Part shown: in pieces, positions 1-8,942 of the stretch | Layout: each line of letters starts with the position of its first letter | Position numbering within the stretch: the first letter of the stretch is position 1 | Virus record (IMG/VR): IMGVR_UViG_3300043607_000048 | Coordinates: 1 to 57,857 of that record | Length of the DNA: 57,857 nucleotides | Reading direction: 5' to 3' (one strand) | Source: a virus | Lineage: Duplodnaviria; Caudoviricetes | The notes under the pieces: generated by a model | Database searches by the model: none | What the model saw: the letters and a program-made list of their open reading frames with translations, nothing else | Told to the model about the DNA's origin: nothing | Position numbers and translations under genes: made by a program

Positions 1-1243
1 ACTGCCCTTTGTTCCGGCGCTTGTTCTGGATCACTGCACCGGTTTGGTCAGCGCCAAGGTTGTCCATGACAAACTGCCACTTGCCACCGAAATCACGATG
101 ACCGAAAGGCAGCTCAGGATTGAGCGGAGCGCCTTCGGGAACGAGAAGCTCCATGCCTTTCTTGTGATGGATTTGCGAAAGGCGAAACTGCGCCCGGTCG
201 AAGTCCGGGTTGTAATCGGAGCCGATACCTGCGGAGCCGCCCGCGCCGGTGGTGACCGTATTCTTATACGGCAGGATCACCTGATACCGGAAACGGTTGG
301 GAGCCGCTGCCGCTCCCAAGTCGGTGACGAAATTGAACCTGAGTCCCATCGGGTCCACGCGCACCATATAGTTGCCGATCTGCCCGGAGAAACCGTATCT
401 CCAGTATTTGGTGCTGTCGTCAAACTGCGTAAAGCGCCAGTTGCCAAGCACGTTCGGGTTATTGGCACCGCCAACGCCGGTCTGCCCGCCAAGGTGATCC
501 AGCTCCCAAGTGGTGTCCATGTCAGACACGAATTCGATGAAGGGAGAGGTATCCTTGAACGGATTTTTGCCCGCGTAACCGATGAGCATGAGCGGGTTGA
601 AACGCTTCTGGAGCATCTGAGGCACCAGTTTGAAAATACGGGTGGGGTGGGCAGAGCAGTCGAAGAAGATTTCTTCGTCGCCGTTAATGCCGCCCAAGGT
701 CCACGTGAACGTGAAAACGCCGTCCGTGCCGGTCACGCCGAAATTGGCGTTCGCAACTGCCTTGACCTTGCTCCAGAGGAGATGCCGCTTGCGGAGGAAA
801 TTGCTGCTGATCGCCGTGGTCGCGGGCTTCAAAATCTCAGAGATGATCTGAGAGATGTGTTGCTCGGCGGCGGTGATGTGCATGTCTTGGTCGTAGCACA
901 GCAACGGCGTAGCCCAACTCTGTTGCTCGGCGTAGTAGGTCAGCCGATCCGCGCCCCAACCGATTTGATGCTCGGTGAAGTCGCAAGGGTTACCAGTGCA
1001 ACCCGGGCCGTTAGCCACTTTGCGAGTCCATTGCTTGGTCGTGTTCGGCCACACGGAGCGAAAACGATCCTGCGTGATTTCAACGGGCGTGCCGTTGGGG
1101 GTTGAGCCGGTGGAGACATTGTAGAGCCAGCCGTCGCTGGGCCGGATGTCTTCCATGATCATTTCATCGAAGCGCGGGGTTTGATCCACCATTGCTTGGA
1201 TAAAATCGCAAGCCTGAATAATTCCTGATGTCGGGCAACTCAT
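1..1243 (-). CDS. Major capsid protein, 5' part (runs off the window start; absent from the ORF track)
   Basis: Manual translation from ATG at 1243 is open for 414 codons (MSCPTSGIIQACDFIQAMVDQTPRFDEM...DNLGADQTGAVIQNKRRNKGQ). It lies downstream of portal and scaffold and has its own promoter-like site. Identity rests on position and size. Confidence 0.8.
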   Translation of the reverse strand, partial: MSCPTSGIIQACDFIQAMVDQTPRFDEMIMEDIRPSDGWLYNVSTGSTPNGTPVEITQDRFRSVWPNTTKQWTRKVANGPGCTGNPCDFTEHQIGWGADRLTYYAEQQSWATPLLCYDQDMHITAAEQHISQIISEILKPATTAISSNFLRKRHLLWSKVKAVANANFGVTGTDGVFTFTWTLGGINGDEEIFFDCSAHPTRIFKLVPQMLQKRFNPLMLIGYAGKNPFKDTSPFIEFVSDMDTTWELDHLGGQTGVGGANNPNVLGNWRFTQFDDSTKYWRYGFSGQIGNYMVRVDPMGLRFNFVTDLGAAAAPNRFRYQVILPYKNTVTTGAGGSAGIGSDYNPDFDRAQFRLSQIHHKKGMELLVPEGAPLNPELPFGHRDFGGKWQFVMDNLGADQTGAVIQNKRRNKGQ

Positions 1244-1402
1244 AACAAAACGGTCTTCAAAAGCGGTTTCTGGTTACGAAAGTCGGCATCGTGGTGTCCA
1301 CGTGCTCTCTCGTTTTCAGTTTTTGAAGCGGCGTTGTCTTCGGCGACTGATCGCCTTTTTGGCCGTCGCTGCCCTGCCGCACTGGCAGAGCAACTATTGA
1401 GG

Positions 1403-1431
1403 CTTCTACTCCTGCTTTAGAAATCTGTCAA
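1403..1431 (-). promoter_or_regulatory. Sigma70-like promoter for the capsid gene
   Basis: Minus strand TTGACA (1431-1426), 17-nt spacer, TAGAAG (1408-1403); followed by a ~155-nt untranslated leader. Confidence 0.55.
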
Positions 1432-1435
1432 AGTA

Positions 1436-1732
1436 TTATTTGTCTTCCTTCTTCGGCATCGGGGTGTAGCCGTTCACCAAAGCCCACTTGTAAAGGCCAA
1501 TAGCTGAGTGGACTCCAGCGAATTTATTGAGCTTCGATCTGTGGTGTTCCACCGTTTTGAAGGATACTCCAAGGAGCCGGGCAATCGTGGTATTGGAGAG
1601 GTCATTGCAGATGAGCGGCAAAATCTCTTTCATACGGCGCGTCATACGGCGGCTCTTGTTTTTTTCTATCCAGTTGCGCTGTTGAATCTGCGCGGGCGAC
1701 AGGTGCCGATTCAAAATATCTACCATGCCCAT
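1436..1732 (-). CDS. Stand-alone LuxR/NarL-type HTH transcription regulator
   Basis: MTRRMKEILPLICNDLSNTTIARLLGVSFKTVEHHRSKLNKFAGV matches the LuxR C-terminal consensus (T.RE.EIL......SN.EIA..L..S.KTVE.HR); no receiver or ligand domain. Confidence 0.85.
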   Translation of the reverse strand: MGMVDILNRHLSPAQIQQRNWIEKNKSRRMTRRMKEILPLICNDLSNTTIARLLGVSFKTVEHHRSKLNKFAGVHSAIGLYKWALVNGYTPMPKKEDK

Positions 1733-1734
1733 AA

Positions 1735-3054
1735 CTATTTTGCTTTGGCCCGGATTGCCGCGAACAGTGACTCCCGGGCGCTGCCGGTCTTCGGCGCTGT
1801 GCTGCCGGGCAGTGTTCCATTGATCCCCGGAGTCGAGGCTTTGTAACCTTCCAGCTCTTTTTCTGCCGCCGCCAGCTTGGCCTGAGTGCGTTCCAAATCC
1901 AGTCGAACGGCTGAGAAAGCGGCGGCTCGTTTGCTGACCGCGACATGCCGCCTGATGATAAGCGAGCGCTGATCTGGAGTAAGCTTTGGATCGTTGGGAT
2001 TACCGCTCAGGGCTTCATCGACAAATTTGTAACCGTTCTCCAGTTTGGTATTCCAATCGGCATCGCCTTCCCGGGACTTGAAAAACTTCCCAACCTTTTC
2101 GTCGGCGAGGACGGCGGCAGATTCGCGCTCCCAAGTACCTTTGATCTGGCCGGTCAACTCATCGTGCATTTTTGTGTAATGCTCTTTGGCTTTTTGCTCC
2201 CGCTCGGCACCGGTCTTCTTAATCTCCTCCAGCTTGGTCATTTTGGATTCGAACAAGTTTTTGATTTCCTTCCGGTGCGCCATCACGTCATCGGCGAAGT
2301 CACCGAAGGCGGCAACGGCAACCTCCCGGGCCTTGCCTAATGGCATATTTACCAGCTCAAAAATATCCTGAGACGTCACCGCACGCGGCTCCCGGGTAGC
2401 GCCGTCAATCACGGAGATTTCAGACAGCTCCGACACTGCCCTTTTCCAAGCGCGCTCATAGTCGGCGTTCGCTTTCAAAATCTCCGGGTCGTACTTCTCG
2501 GCGTTGAAGTAGCGCAAATCATCTTCCATCTCTTTGACGCGCTTCTCGTAGGTGGTCAGGCGCTCCTCAGTCTCTTTGCGCTTGGCTTCCGGCATCGCGT
2601 TCTTTTCCAACTCCAGCGCCCGGGCTTCGGCGGCAACGGCGCGGGCCTTGAACTGGTCAACGAGCTTCCACGGGCTTTGCTTGCCTTTGGGATCGGCTGG
2701 AGCTGCGGCTGCGGCAGGCGCACCGGGCGCGGGTGGTTCGCCCGGCGCTGGCTCCGGTTCTGGAGCTGCGGGTTCCGGGGCTGGGTTTGGTTCCGCGCCC
2801 GGGCGAGGAGGCTCCGGGACAGGTGCCGCCGCCGCGCCTTTCGGTTTGGCGGGAGCGGGGTCGGGCACACCCGCTTTCTTCCGCATCTCGGAAAACATTT
2901 TGGCCTTGGCGCTGCCTTCCTTCGGCTGTGTCAAGCCGGGATTGCCTTCGGTGCCGGTCGGCGCTGGCGTGACGTGAATCTCTCCACCGGACGGCGGTGC
3001 GACTGAACCGGAGGCAGGAGGAGCGGCGGGTGGGGCTGGTATGGCGGCGGGCAT
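1735..3054 (-). CDS. Capsid scaffolding protein
   Basis: Pro/Ala-rich disordered N-terminus and long charged coiled-coil; located between portal and capsid genes. Confidence 0.65.
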   Translation of the reverse strand: MPAAIPAPPAAPPASGSVAPPSGGEIHVTPAPTGTEGNPGLTQPKEGSAKAKMFSEMRKKAGVPDPAPAKPKGAAAAPVPEPPRPGAEPNPAPEPAAPEPEPAPGEPPAPGAPAAAAAPADPKGKQSPWKLVDQFKARAVAAEARALELEKNAMPEAKRKETEERLTTYEKRVKEMEDDLRYFNAEKYDPEILKANADYERAWKRAVSELSEISVIDGATREPRAVTSQDIFELVNMPLGKAREVAVAAFGDFADDVMAHRKEIKNLFESKMTKLEEIKKTGAEREQKAKEHYTKMHDELTGQIKGTWERESAAVLADEKVGKFFKSREGDADWNTKLENGYKFVDEALSGNPNDPKLTPDQRSLIIRRHVAVSKRAAAFSAVRLDLERTQAKLAAAEKELEGYKASTPGINGTLPGSTAPKTGSARESLFAAIRAKAK

Positions 3055-3059
3055 AAAAA

Positions 3060-3365
3060 TTAAGCGTTGTGATCTAAGGATTGACTGGCGAGCTTCGGCA
3101 TGGACGGGGCAGGCTCGGCGAGCATTCGAAGCACGCCCATGATTTCAATAGCTCCCTGCAATTTGTAACCGGCTGCGGCTGCGCTGTTGCCGTCCTTTAC
3201 CTGAGTCGAAAGCATCCTCTGATACTCAAGCATCGTGAAGTGAACACCGCGCTCAAACTGCGGCGAATCTACGAGGGTCCGGTGGAGGGAGATGTTGTCG
3301 GCCTTCTCTCGGAATTGATCACGGGGAGTAGGATTTTTGATGGGCGCTACATTTGGTGAGGGCAT
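3060..3365 (-). CDS. Small helical head-module protein
   Basis: 101-aa ORF ending 5 nt before the scaffold start; typical post-portal position. Confidence 0.55.
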   Translation of the reverse strand: MPSPNVAPIKNPTPRDQFREKADNISLHRTLVDSPQFERGVHFTMLEYQRMLSTQVKDGNSAAAAGYKLQGAIEIMGVLRMLAEPAPSMPKLASQSLDHNA

Positions 3366-3399
3366 GGCACATTAGCTGTTGTTGTTGTTGCGCAGACCT

Positions 3400-3627
3400 T
3401 CAATAGAAAATCTGCTTGTGCTTTATCGCCACAGATTGGTTGGCTTGCAACCCTTTTCTTCCAGAGCCGTGCGAGCGCGCCGGTGGTTTACCGGGCTTTC
3501 CGGGCAGCTTTGCCTTCATCATCCGGCCCAAAAGTTTGAGCATCGGCTTGGCCTGATCCCGGTTGGCAACGTGAACGTGAGGAGAGGAGGGCAGGTGTCC
3601 GGGTCGGAATGGCTCTTGGTCTGGCAT
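3400..3627 (-). CDS. Small basic hypothetical protein
   Basis: ATG at 3627 overlaps the upstream stop (TGATG); Lys/Arg/Pro-rich. Confidence 0.45.
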   Translation of the reverse strand: MPDQEPFRPGHLPSSPHVHVANRDQAKPMLKLLGRMMKAKLPGKPGKPPARSHGSGRKGLQANQSVAIKHKQIFY

Positions 3628-3770
3628 CACTTCACCCAAAACTGTTTGGCGCAATTTTTCGCCGGTCGCCCGGCCTTCGGCTTCTTCTTGAAGATACGAT
3701 CGTACTTGGGATTCCGGTCAACCATTGCCTGAGGAGCTGTCCGGGGAGCCGATGATGTTGTTGCGTTCAT
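3627..3770 (-). CDS. 47-aa basic hypothetical protein (not in ORF track)
   Basis: MNATTSSAPRTAPQAMVDRNPKYDRIFKKKPKAGRPAKNCAKQFWVK; start and stop both overlap the neighbouring genes. Confidence 0.45.
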   Translation of the reverse strand: MNATTSSAPRTAPQAMVDRNPKYDRIFKKKPKAGRPAKNCAKQFWVK

Positions 3771-5056
3771 TCGATTGCTGCTGCCGGTTCTGGCACTTTT
3801 GCGTCTGTTATATGAATCCCCTCTTTACGCGCCGTGTCAATCTCTTTGAGGACACCGGCCAAATCTTCAACCTTCGCGTCCAGACCATCCGGCAGTTGGT
3901 CGGCCATCCACTTAATCACGTCCAGCACTTCCTTGGGACTATCGCCAATCGCGCAGAGCCAACCCAAATCACCGCCGCGCAGCTCGCTCGGCGGGAAGCT
4001 GTAACATCCGTCAATCATCGCACAGTTGGAAAACCGGCAGCTTCGGCGTATCGACTCCGGGATTGGTACCACGTCCCAGCAATCTTTCTCGGGCTTGGTG
4101 GAAACCATCGTCTCAATCGAAAACTTTGCCACCGGCTCCGGTTCAACCAGCTCACCGTTTGCACCGGACCAAATAATCTCCGGGTAGTTTCCCCAAAGCA
4201 ATTGTTGAGAGGCTGAGGACGGCAACCCGCCGCGTACAGTCGCGTCAATGAAGTAAGCTTTATCCCCCTTGACGCGAACCTCCATTGACCAAAATTGCCG
4301 GTACTGGTGAGACTTCAAGAATGGGGTAAATGCCTCCATCACGTGGAGAGTTTCCTCAGGCACGTCTTTGCGTTCGGTGACCGCGCCGAAGTAGCTTTTA
4401 TCTTTCCACTCCAGACCGTTGAGCATCACGCCCGGCCATTGGCCGTCAATGCAGTAGGTGTCACCTCCAAGCTCAATGTCGGTGTCGATAGAATTGAAAA
4501 CGAGAAACCTCATCTTGTTCTGGACCGGCCCCAACCAGACCGCCATCGCATCCAGCCAGCAAGAATCCTGAGTATAGGAGCGCCAGTGGAACGTCTCCAT
4601 GTCTCCCCGGTACCGGGAGACTTTTATGTATTTGTCCTCTTTGTAACGGAGATGGAGCCGCAAGGATTCGATCCCGCGCACTTCCTGATAGCCGGGCACG
4701 TCCAGCTCCAGCTCCTTCACCATCTGCATGAACGATGATCGGTTTAGCTCCAGAACGTCACTCGCGCCGGTACCCCACACCGGTTTTCCCATCGCGGCAA
4801 TGTGGCGCTGCAACCCGGAGTGGTTCACGTCCGGGAAAATGAAAAGGTCAATCTCATCGAACAAAGGCCAGAAGTCCCGGACCTGTTCAATGTTGGGAAA
4901 GCCGTCACCTACGCACGCCGTTCGAACGCTGCACGGGGTCTGCTCGCAAGGCTGTGAGAATATTACGCGCTTGCACTCCTCGGCCATTCGGAAAGCTACC
5001 GGCAGGAAAAGCCCGGAGTCGATCACTGCACACGTTACATCAGAGACGGGTTTCAT
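3767..5056 (-). CDS. ATP-grasp ligase distantly related to PurD/GARS
   Basis: GKPVWG...LELNR...F...ELELDVP...YIKV..RG...F and IELGGD elements fit the GARS-like ATP-grasp fold; the PurD signatures GSGGREHA and GPNTGGMG are absent. Confidence 0.7.
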   Translation of the reverse strand: MKPVSDVTCAVIDSGLFLPVAFRMAEECKRVIFSQPCEQTPCSVRTACVGDGFPNIEQVRDFWPLFDEIDLFIFPDVNHSGLQRHIAAMGKPVWGTGASDVLELNRSSFMQMVKELELDVPGYQEVRGIESLRLHLRYKEDKYIKVSRYRGDMETFHWRSYTQDSCWLDAMAVWLGPVQNKMRFLVFNSIDTDIELGGDTYCIDGQWPGVMLNGLEWKDKSYFGAVTERKDVPEETLHVMEAFTPFLKSHQYRQFWSMEVRVKGDKAYFIDATVRGGLPSSASQQLLWGNYPEIIWSGANGELVEPEPVAKFSIETMVSTKPEKDCWDVVPIPESIRRSCRFSNCAMIDGCYSFPPSELRGGDLGWLCAIGDSPKEVLDVIKWMADQLPDGLDAKVEDLAGVLKEIDTARKEGIHITDAKVPEPAAAIE

Positions 5057-5104
5057 TCGTCGCAATCTTCCGGCGCGTCTTCGTCGTCGGTCCAGTACCA
5101 GCCC

Positions 5105-5569
5105 TCAGGCATTTGGTGTGGCGAACTCGCCAAATACTTTTATGGCTATTCGGTTGTAAGCGCTGGCGGCTTCCTTTTTGGTGTGGAATAGCCCTATGTA
5201 TTTTCCGCACACTGTTACCTGCCACTTTTTTCCAGCCTTGTGACGGGTTACGCCCTTAATTCCCGATGTGTTGTTACGGCTTATATTTTTATTGGCCTGA
5301 CTCTGCCTGTGGGTCGCTGGCCGCAAATTTTTGCGTTGGTTATTCAAACCGTTACGGTCGCGGTGGTCGGTGATCTTGCCGGTCGGAAGCGGCAATATAA
5401 GGCGGTGCATCCGAATGAATTTTTTCTTGCCGTTTTCCCGTTTTGAAAGGCTGGCGTACCAAACACCTTTTGTGAAAACAGCCTGCCACTTCCCCATCGA
5501 GTTTATCCGGTCGAAGTCCGAGTCATCTACTAGCGCTGACTTTCCGTGAGTTAGTTCTATGGTCTTCAA
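5105..5569 (-). CDS. HNH-AP2 homing endonuclease
   Basis: ALVDDSDF, MHRLIL, TDHRDRNGLNNQRKNLR (HNH) and SGIKGV..WQ..YIGLF..EAA.AY....FGEFA (AP2). Confidence 0.92.
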   Translation of the reverse strand: MKTIELTHGKSALVDDSDFDRINSMGKWQAVFTKGVWYASLSKRENGKKKFIRMHRLILPLPTGKITDHRDRNGLNNQRKNLRPATHRQSQANKNISRNNTSGIKGVTRHKAGKKWQVTVCGKYIGLFHTKKEAASAYNRIAIKVFGEFATPNA

Positions 5570-7860
5570 TCCTCAATGCTTTTCAGGCGATTATGGCGAA
5601 TGTCCTGCTGTGCCTCAATCTCCTTTTGTGCAAGTTCCGCCTGATGCTTCTCCTCGTCCTGACGTTGCTGTTGCTCAAATTTGATTTGGTTTTGAGCGGT
5701 TCTAAGGGCATTCGATTGTTTGGAATTATCCGCTTTGACCTTCGCGGCGAGCATTGTTGCTTGGATTTTCGCGGCGTCTTTTGGATCAAGTTTACCATTG
5801 CCTTGCTGTTGTTGCTCTTGGGCCTTTTTGAGCATTTCCTGCTGGCGCTGGGCCATTGCCTTCACTTCGTTCATTACCTTGCCCAAAGCGTCTTGCAGCT
5901 TTTTAACAACCTGTTTTTCGTCCGGGTCTTTTGCGAGCTGCTGAATGTAAGCGGTCGCGTAGGTGTTCGCCGTGGAGAGTCCCAACACATCAGCCGGGGT
6001 GCCAACGCCTCCCTCTTTCATTATTTGGTTCACCTTGTTCTGCATCATCTGGATAGTCTTGCCAGCGACTTCGACGGCGTTCAAACCATCCTTCGGCGTG
6101 ACCGGCGTGCCCGTCATCAGCGTGCCAAACAATCCCTCAGTGTCGTGGATGGAGTTGGATATTTGAGGAGTCTCCGGTACCAGCTCCTCGGCCTGCGCGG
6201 AGTCGTCGGTGATCGCCAACACTGCGGAGCGGAGAATCATTCGCTGCGGGTCCGGGTCAAATTTATCGCGCCACTCCATGAGCTGCTGGGCAATGGTCAT
6301 CTCCAGAGTTTTATTGCCGCCGCCCATGATCCGCTCGCTTTCGATGTCCCAAACCTCGGGCACCAAAAGCTTTTCCGGTACCCCCTTCTTCAACATCTCG
6401 GCGCGAGCTGCACGCACGTCTGCGTCTTTCGAGTTGGGCCGCATAAAGCGCCGGAAGATTTCGATGTACTGGTGATTCTGGTATTCGTACGACTGACTCA
6501 GCCCGGCTGAAACCATCGCTTGCATGGCATTCATTTCGGCCATGACTTGAAATTTGGTTTTCTCCGTGCTCTCCCCGGAAAAATTCTGTTGCTGCGTGTA
6601 AGCGCTTCCGTTCTGCGTGATCAGGTTAGCGTTTTCGGTCAAACCGAGTTGGACTAGTCCCTCGTTGGGTTGCCAACGTTCATCCCTCGGGATCGGGTTC
6701 ACCGTCTCATCAATGAAAGCTTGGTTGTACAGCTGCACGTTAAGCGCTCGCTGAACATCGTCCATCGACTTCACCCGGAATAACTGCATCAGGGTTTCGA
6801 ACACCGCCTCTTGCATCTTGCACCGGAGCCGGTTTTGCAAATGGCAAACGCCGTAGAGGAGAAAGCCCAACGATCGTACTGAGTGATACCGGAATGGGGC
6901 CACGGCTGACAGGTCGGCGAACTGACAATGAAACAGCTCCTCCCGGGTATTGGCGAAACTGCGAGCGCCACCGTTATACAGAAATTTCCCCTTGGAGAAA
7001 TCCATCTTGGCGTTGCGGGACCATGAGACAACCCCGGCCTGATAGTTGCCGCTCCAGTCATCAAGGATCATCCGTCGCCGCCAACCTTCTTTGTCCTTCT
7101 GATCGCTCCAAAAGTAAAAGTCAAAGGTGTCGATGGTGGGCACCGAATCACCGGAGTAGAAAGTCCCGTCGCCTTTGATCCGCTCCGCAATTTTTTCCGG
7201 TGACCAAACTTCCGGGTAATTGTTTCCAAAGAGGGCGCTGGATTCCTTGTCGATATACTCAATCGCGGAATTCACCACTTCCATATTCCAACCCGGGTCC
7301 ACGTGCGGCCCGCGTGTGAGCTTTATCAATTCGGTCGCGGTGAAGCTGCGCATGACGGCGAAGAAAGGGAGATTTTTGAAAGTCAGGTGGGTGTTGGCAG
7401 GTATCAGGATGTCCTCAATGCCGCGAGGATCGGGGCACCAAGTTTCATTGTCCTCCCATGTGGCCGGGCCGATCCCGTGAAGGATGTCGAGAGCGAACTG
7501 GGAGCGCAACGTCTCCATGTAAACCAGACTTTTCTTCATCCGGCGATTGATCGCGGTGCTGACGATGGAGCCGTATGACTGGCGCTTGTGCCGCGCTCCC
7601 GTGTCGGTGCGCGCCGTGAAGAATTTGCCGGGCTTCTGGAACGCGTTGGTGAACTGGGATCGGGCGTCGTGCGCCAGCCGGGTGCTCTCCAGAAAGTTTA
7701 CGTTGACCGAAATGTGGTTGTCCTGAACCTCCGTGTCGCTGTAAGGGGGAACACCGTTGAACAAATCGTTTATCCGGGCGCGGTTCTGTCCCCGGTAGTA
7801 GTCGGCTTGCTTTAGCATCCAGCAAACGCTGGAGACGTCATCGCCGTTTTTAAACTCCAA
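5566..7860 (-). CDS. Portal protein
   Basis: ~764-aa helical protein with a Gln/Lys-rich coiled-coil C-terminal tail, as in P22-type portals; upstream of scaffold/capsid. Likely start is TTG at 7860, overlapping the upstream HNH stop. Confidence 0.75.
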   Translation of the reverse strand: MEFKNGDDVSSVCWMLKQADYYRGQNRARINDLFNGVPPYSDTEVQDNHISVNVNFLESTRLAHDARSQFTNAFQKPGKFFTARTDTGARHKRQSYGSIVSTAINRRMKKSLVYMETLRSQFALDILHGIGPATWEDNETWCPDPRGIEDILIPANTHLTFKNLPFFAVMRSFTATELIKLTRGPHVDPGWNMEVVNSAIEYIDKESSALFGNNYPEVWSPEKIAERIKGDGTFYSGDSVPTIDTFDFYFWSDQKDKEGWRRRMILDDWSGNYQAGVVSWSRNAKMDFSKGKFLYNGGARSFANTREELFHCQFADLSAVAPFRYHSVRSLGFLLYGVCHLQNRLRCKMQEAVFETLMQLFRVKSMDDVQRALNVQLYNQAFIDETVNPIPRDERWQPNEGLVQLGLTENANLITQNGSAYTQQQNFSGESTEKTKFQVMAEMNAMQAMVSAGLSQSYEYQNHQYIEIFRRFMRPNSKDADVRAARAEMLKKGVPEKLLVPEVWDIESERIMGGGNKTLEMTIAQQLMEWRDKFDPDPQRMILRSAVLAITDDSAQAEELVPETPQISNSIHDTEGLFGTLMTGTPVTPKDGLNAVEVAGKTIQMMQNKVNQIMKEGGVGTPADVLGLSTANTYATAYIQQLAKDPDEKQVVKKLQDALGKVMNEVKAMAQRQQEMLKKAQEQQQQGNGKLDPKDAAKIQATMLAAKVKADNSKQSNALRTAQNQIKFEQQQRQDEEKHQAELAQKEIEAQQDIRHNRLKSIED

Positions 7861-8341
7861 GGGAAACCTCCTCTGTGAAATTTGGTCTGGCAAACTCTCC
7901 GAAATGTTCTCTCGCTGCGGAGTCGTAAACCAACGCTCCTTCCCGGGCATTGGTGAAATACCCAAGGTGAATCTTGCGTTTGTTTACACTGATAGAAGCT
8001 TGAAACTTGTCAGCCGATTTTGACCAAAACACTCCTTTGAACGGTGACGAGTGTTTTTGGTTCCTTCTGTTTTGTCCGTTCTGTGACCGAGTAGCAGGCC
8101 GCAAATTATGCTTTTGGTTGTTGAGTCCGTTTTGGTCCCGGTGGTCTGTGTGCGGAAGGTCGTGCGGCAGAATGAAGCGGTGCATGGGAAGCGTGTACTC
8201 TTCGTCACCGATCTTGACGGTCCTTACTGCGTATCCCCGATGCTTCTGCCGGATGTAGCGCCATTTGAGTTTCGAGACGCGTTCAAAATCCTCGTCATCC
8301 ACCAAAGCAAACTTACCTTTTGTTAGGGGCACCTGTTTCAC
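7850..8341 (-). CDS. HNH-AP2 homing endonuclease
   Basis: LTKGKFALVDDEDF, MHRFIL, TDHRDQNGLNNQKHNLR, FKGV...IHLGYF....A..YD..A..HFGEFA. Confidence 0.92.
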   Translation of the reverse strand: MKQVPLTKGKFALVDDEDFERVSKLKWRYIRQKHRGYAVRTVKIGDEEYTLPMHRFILPHDLPHTDHRDQNGLNNQKHNLRPATRSQNGQNRRNQKHSSPFKGVFWSKSADKFQASISVNKRKIHLGYFTNAREGALVYDSAAREHFGEFARPNFTEEVSLGV

Positions 8342-8351
8342 TGACAGGCGA

Positions 8352-8942
8352 TTACTCCCGTTTGCGCATTATCGCAAGCTCTTTCGAAAAGTGGATCGCG
8401 TCCACGTCGCCAGCTCCAGCGTGAATGTTCCCAACGAATGCGAGGAGCCAAGCCTTGGCATCGGCAGCAACGTTAAGGTCTTCAATCTCGTAGATACCGC
8501 CCGGTTTCACGCTCGGCCAAAGGAATCCAAACGTGGTGATGATGTCGCTGGAGATATGGGAGCCGTCATCAATGATGATGTCCCACTCGTTTCCATAGTC
8601 GGCTACAAAGCACTTCCAAAAAACTTCGCTGGTCTGATCCCCGCAATTGAACACGTATCGCGGGACTTCGGTTGAAAAGGGGGTGTTGTACGGGTTCGTG
8701 TCGTGAACGATGTCAACGCCGTGAACTAACGCCTTTGGGAAATACTCCAGCCACGTGCGCGCTGACTCGCCGCCGCCGATTCCGATTTCCAAAATCTTAA
8801 TTGCCTTGTAGCGCACCGGATCAAAGAACCGTTCAAGGTGTCGGCAATAGTCGTGAGGCTTGGCGTACGTGCGCGTGAACTGGCTGGCTTTATCGGTCTG
8901 ATGCTCAATCGCAATTTGGTCGAGCGTCTTCATTCTTTCCAC
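8352..8942 (-). CDS. Class I SAM methyltransferase, MycE/TylE-like sugar O-methyltransferase type
   Basis: TDK..H.Y, ILEIGIGGGES, GVDI, GDQ, DIIIDDGSH and GGIYEIEDL motifs. Confidence 0.8.
   Translation of the reverse strand: MERMKTLDQIAIEHQTDKASQFTRTYAKPHDYCRHLERFFDPVRYKAIKILEIGIGGGESARTWLEYFPKALVHGVDIVHDTNPYNTPFSTEVPRYVFNCGDQTSEVFWKCFVADYGNEWDIIIDDGSHISSDIITTFGFLWPSVKPGGIYEIEDLNVAADAKAWLLAFVGNIHAGAGDVDAIHFSKELAIMRKRE

Noticed and set aside
44-1105. 353-aa plus-strand ORF
   Set aside because: Antisense shadow of the capsid gene, which the ORF track missed because it has no stop inside the window.
3767-5065. purD as an auxiliary metabolic gene
   Set aside because: PurD signature loops are absent and there are no other purine genes; kept only as an ATP-grasp ligase.
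5593-6510. 305-aa plus-strand Leu-rich ORF
   Set aside because: Mirror of the Gln/Lys-rich portal C-terminus.
7861-7965. N-terminal extension of the portal ORF
   Set aside because: Lies within the HNH-AP2 gene; TTG at 7860 gives a normal short overlap.
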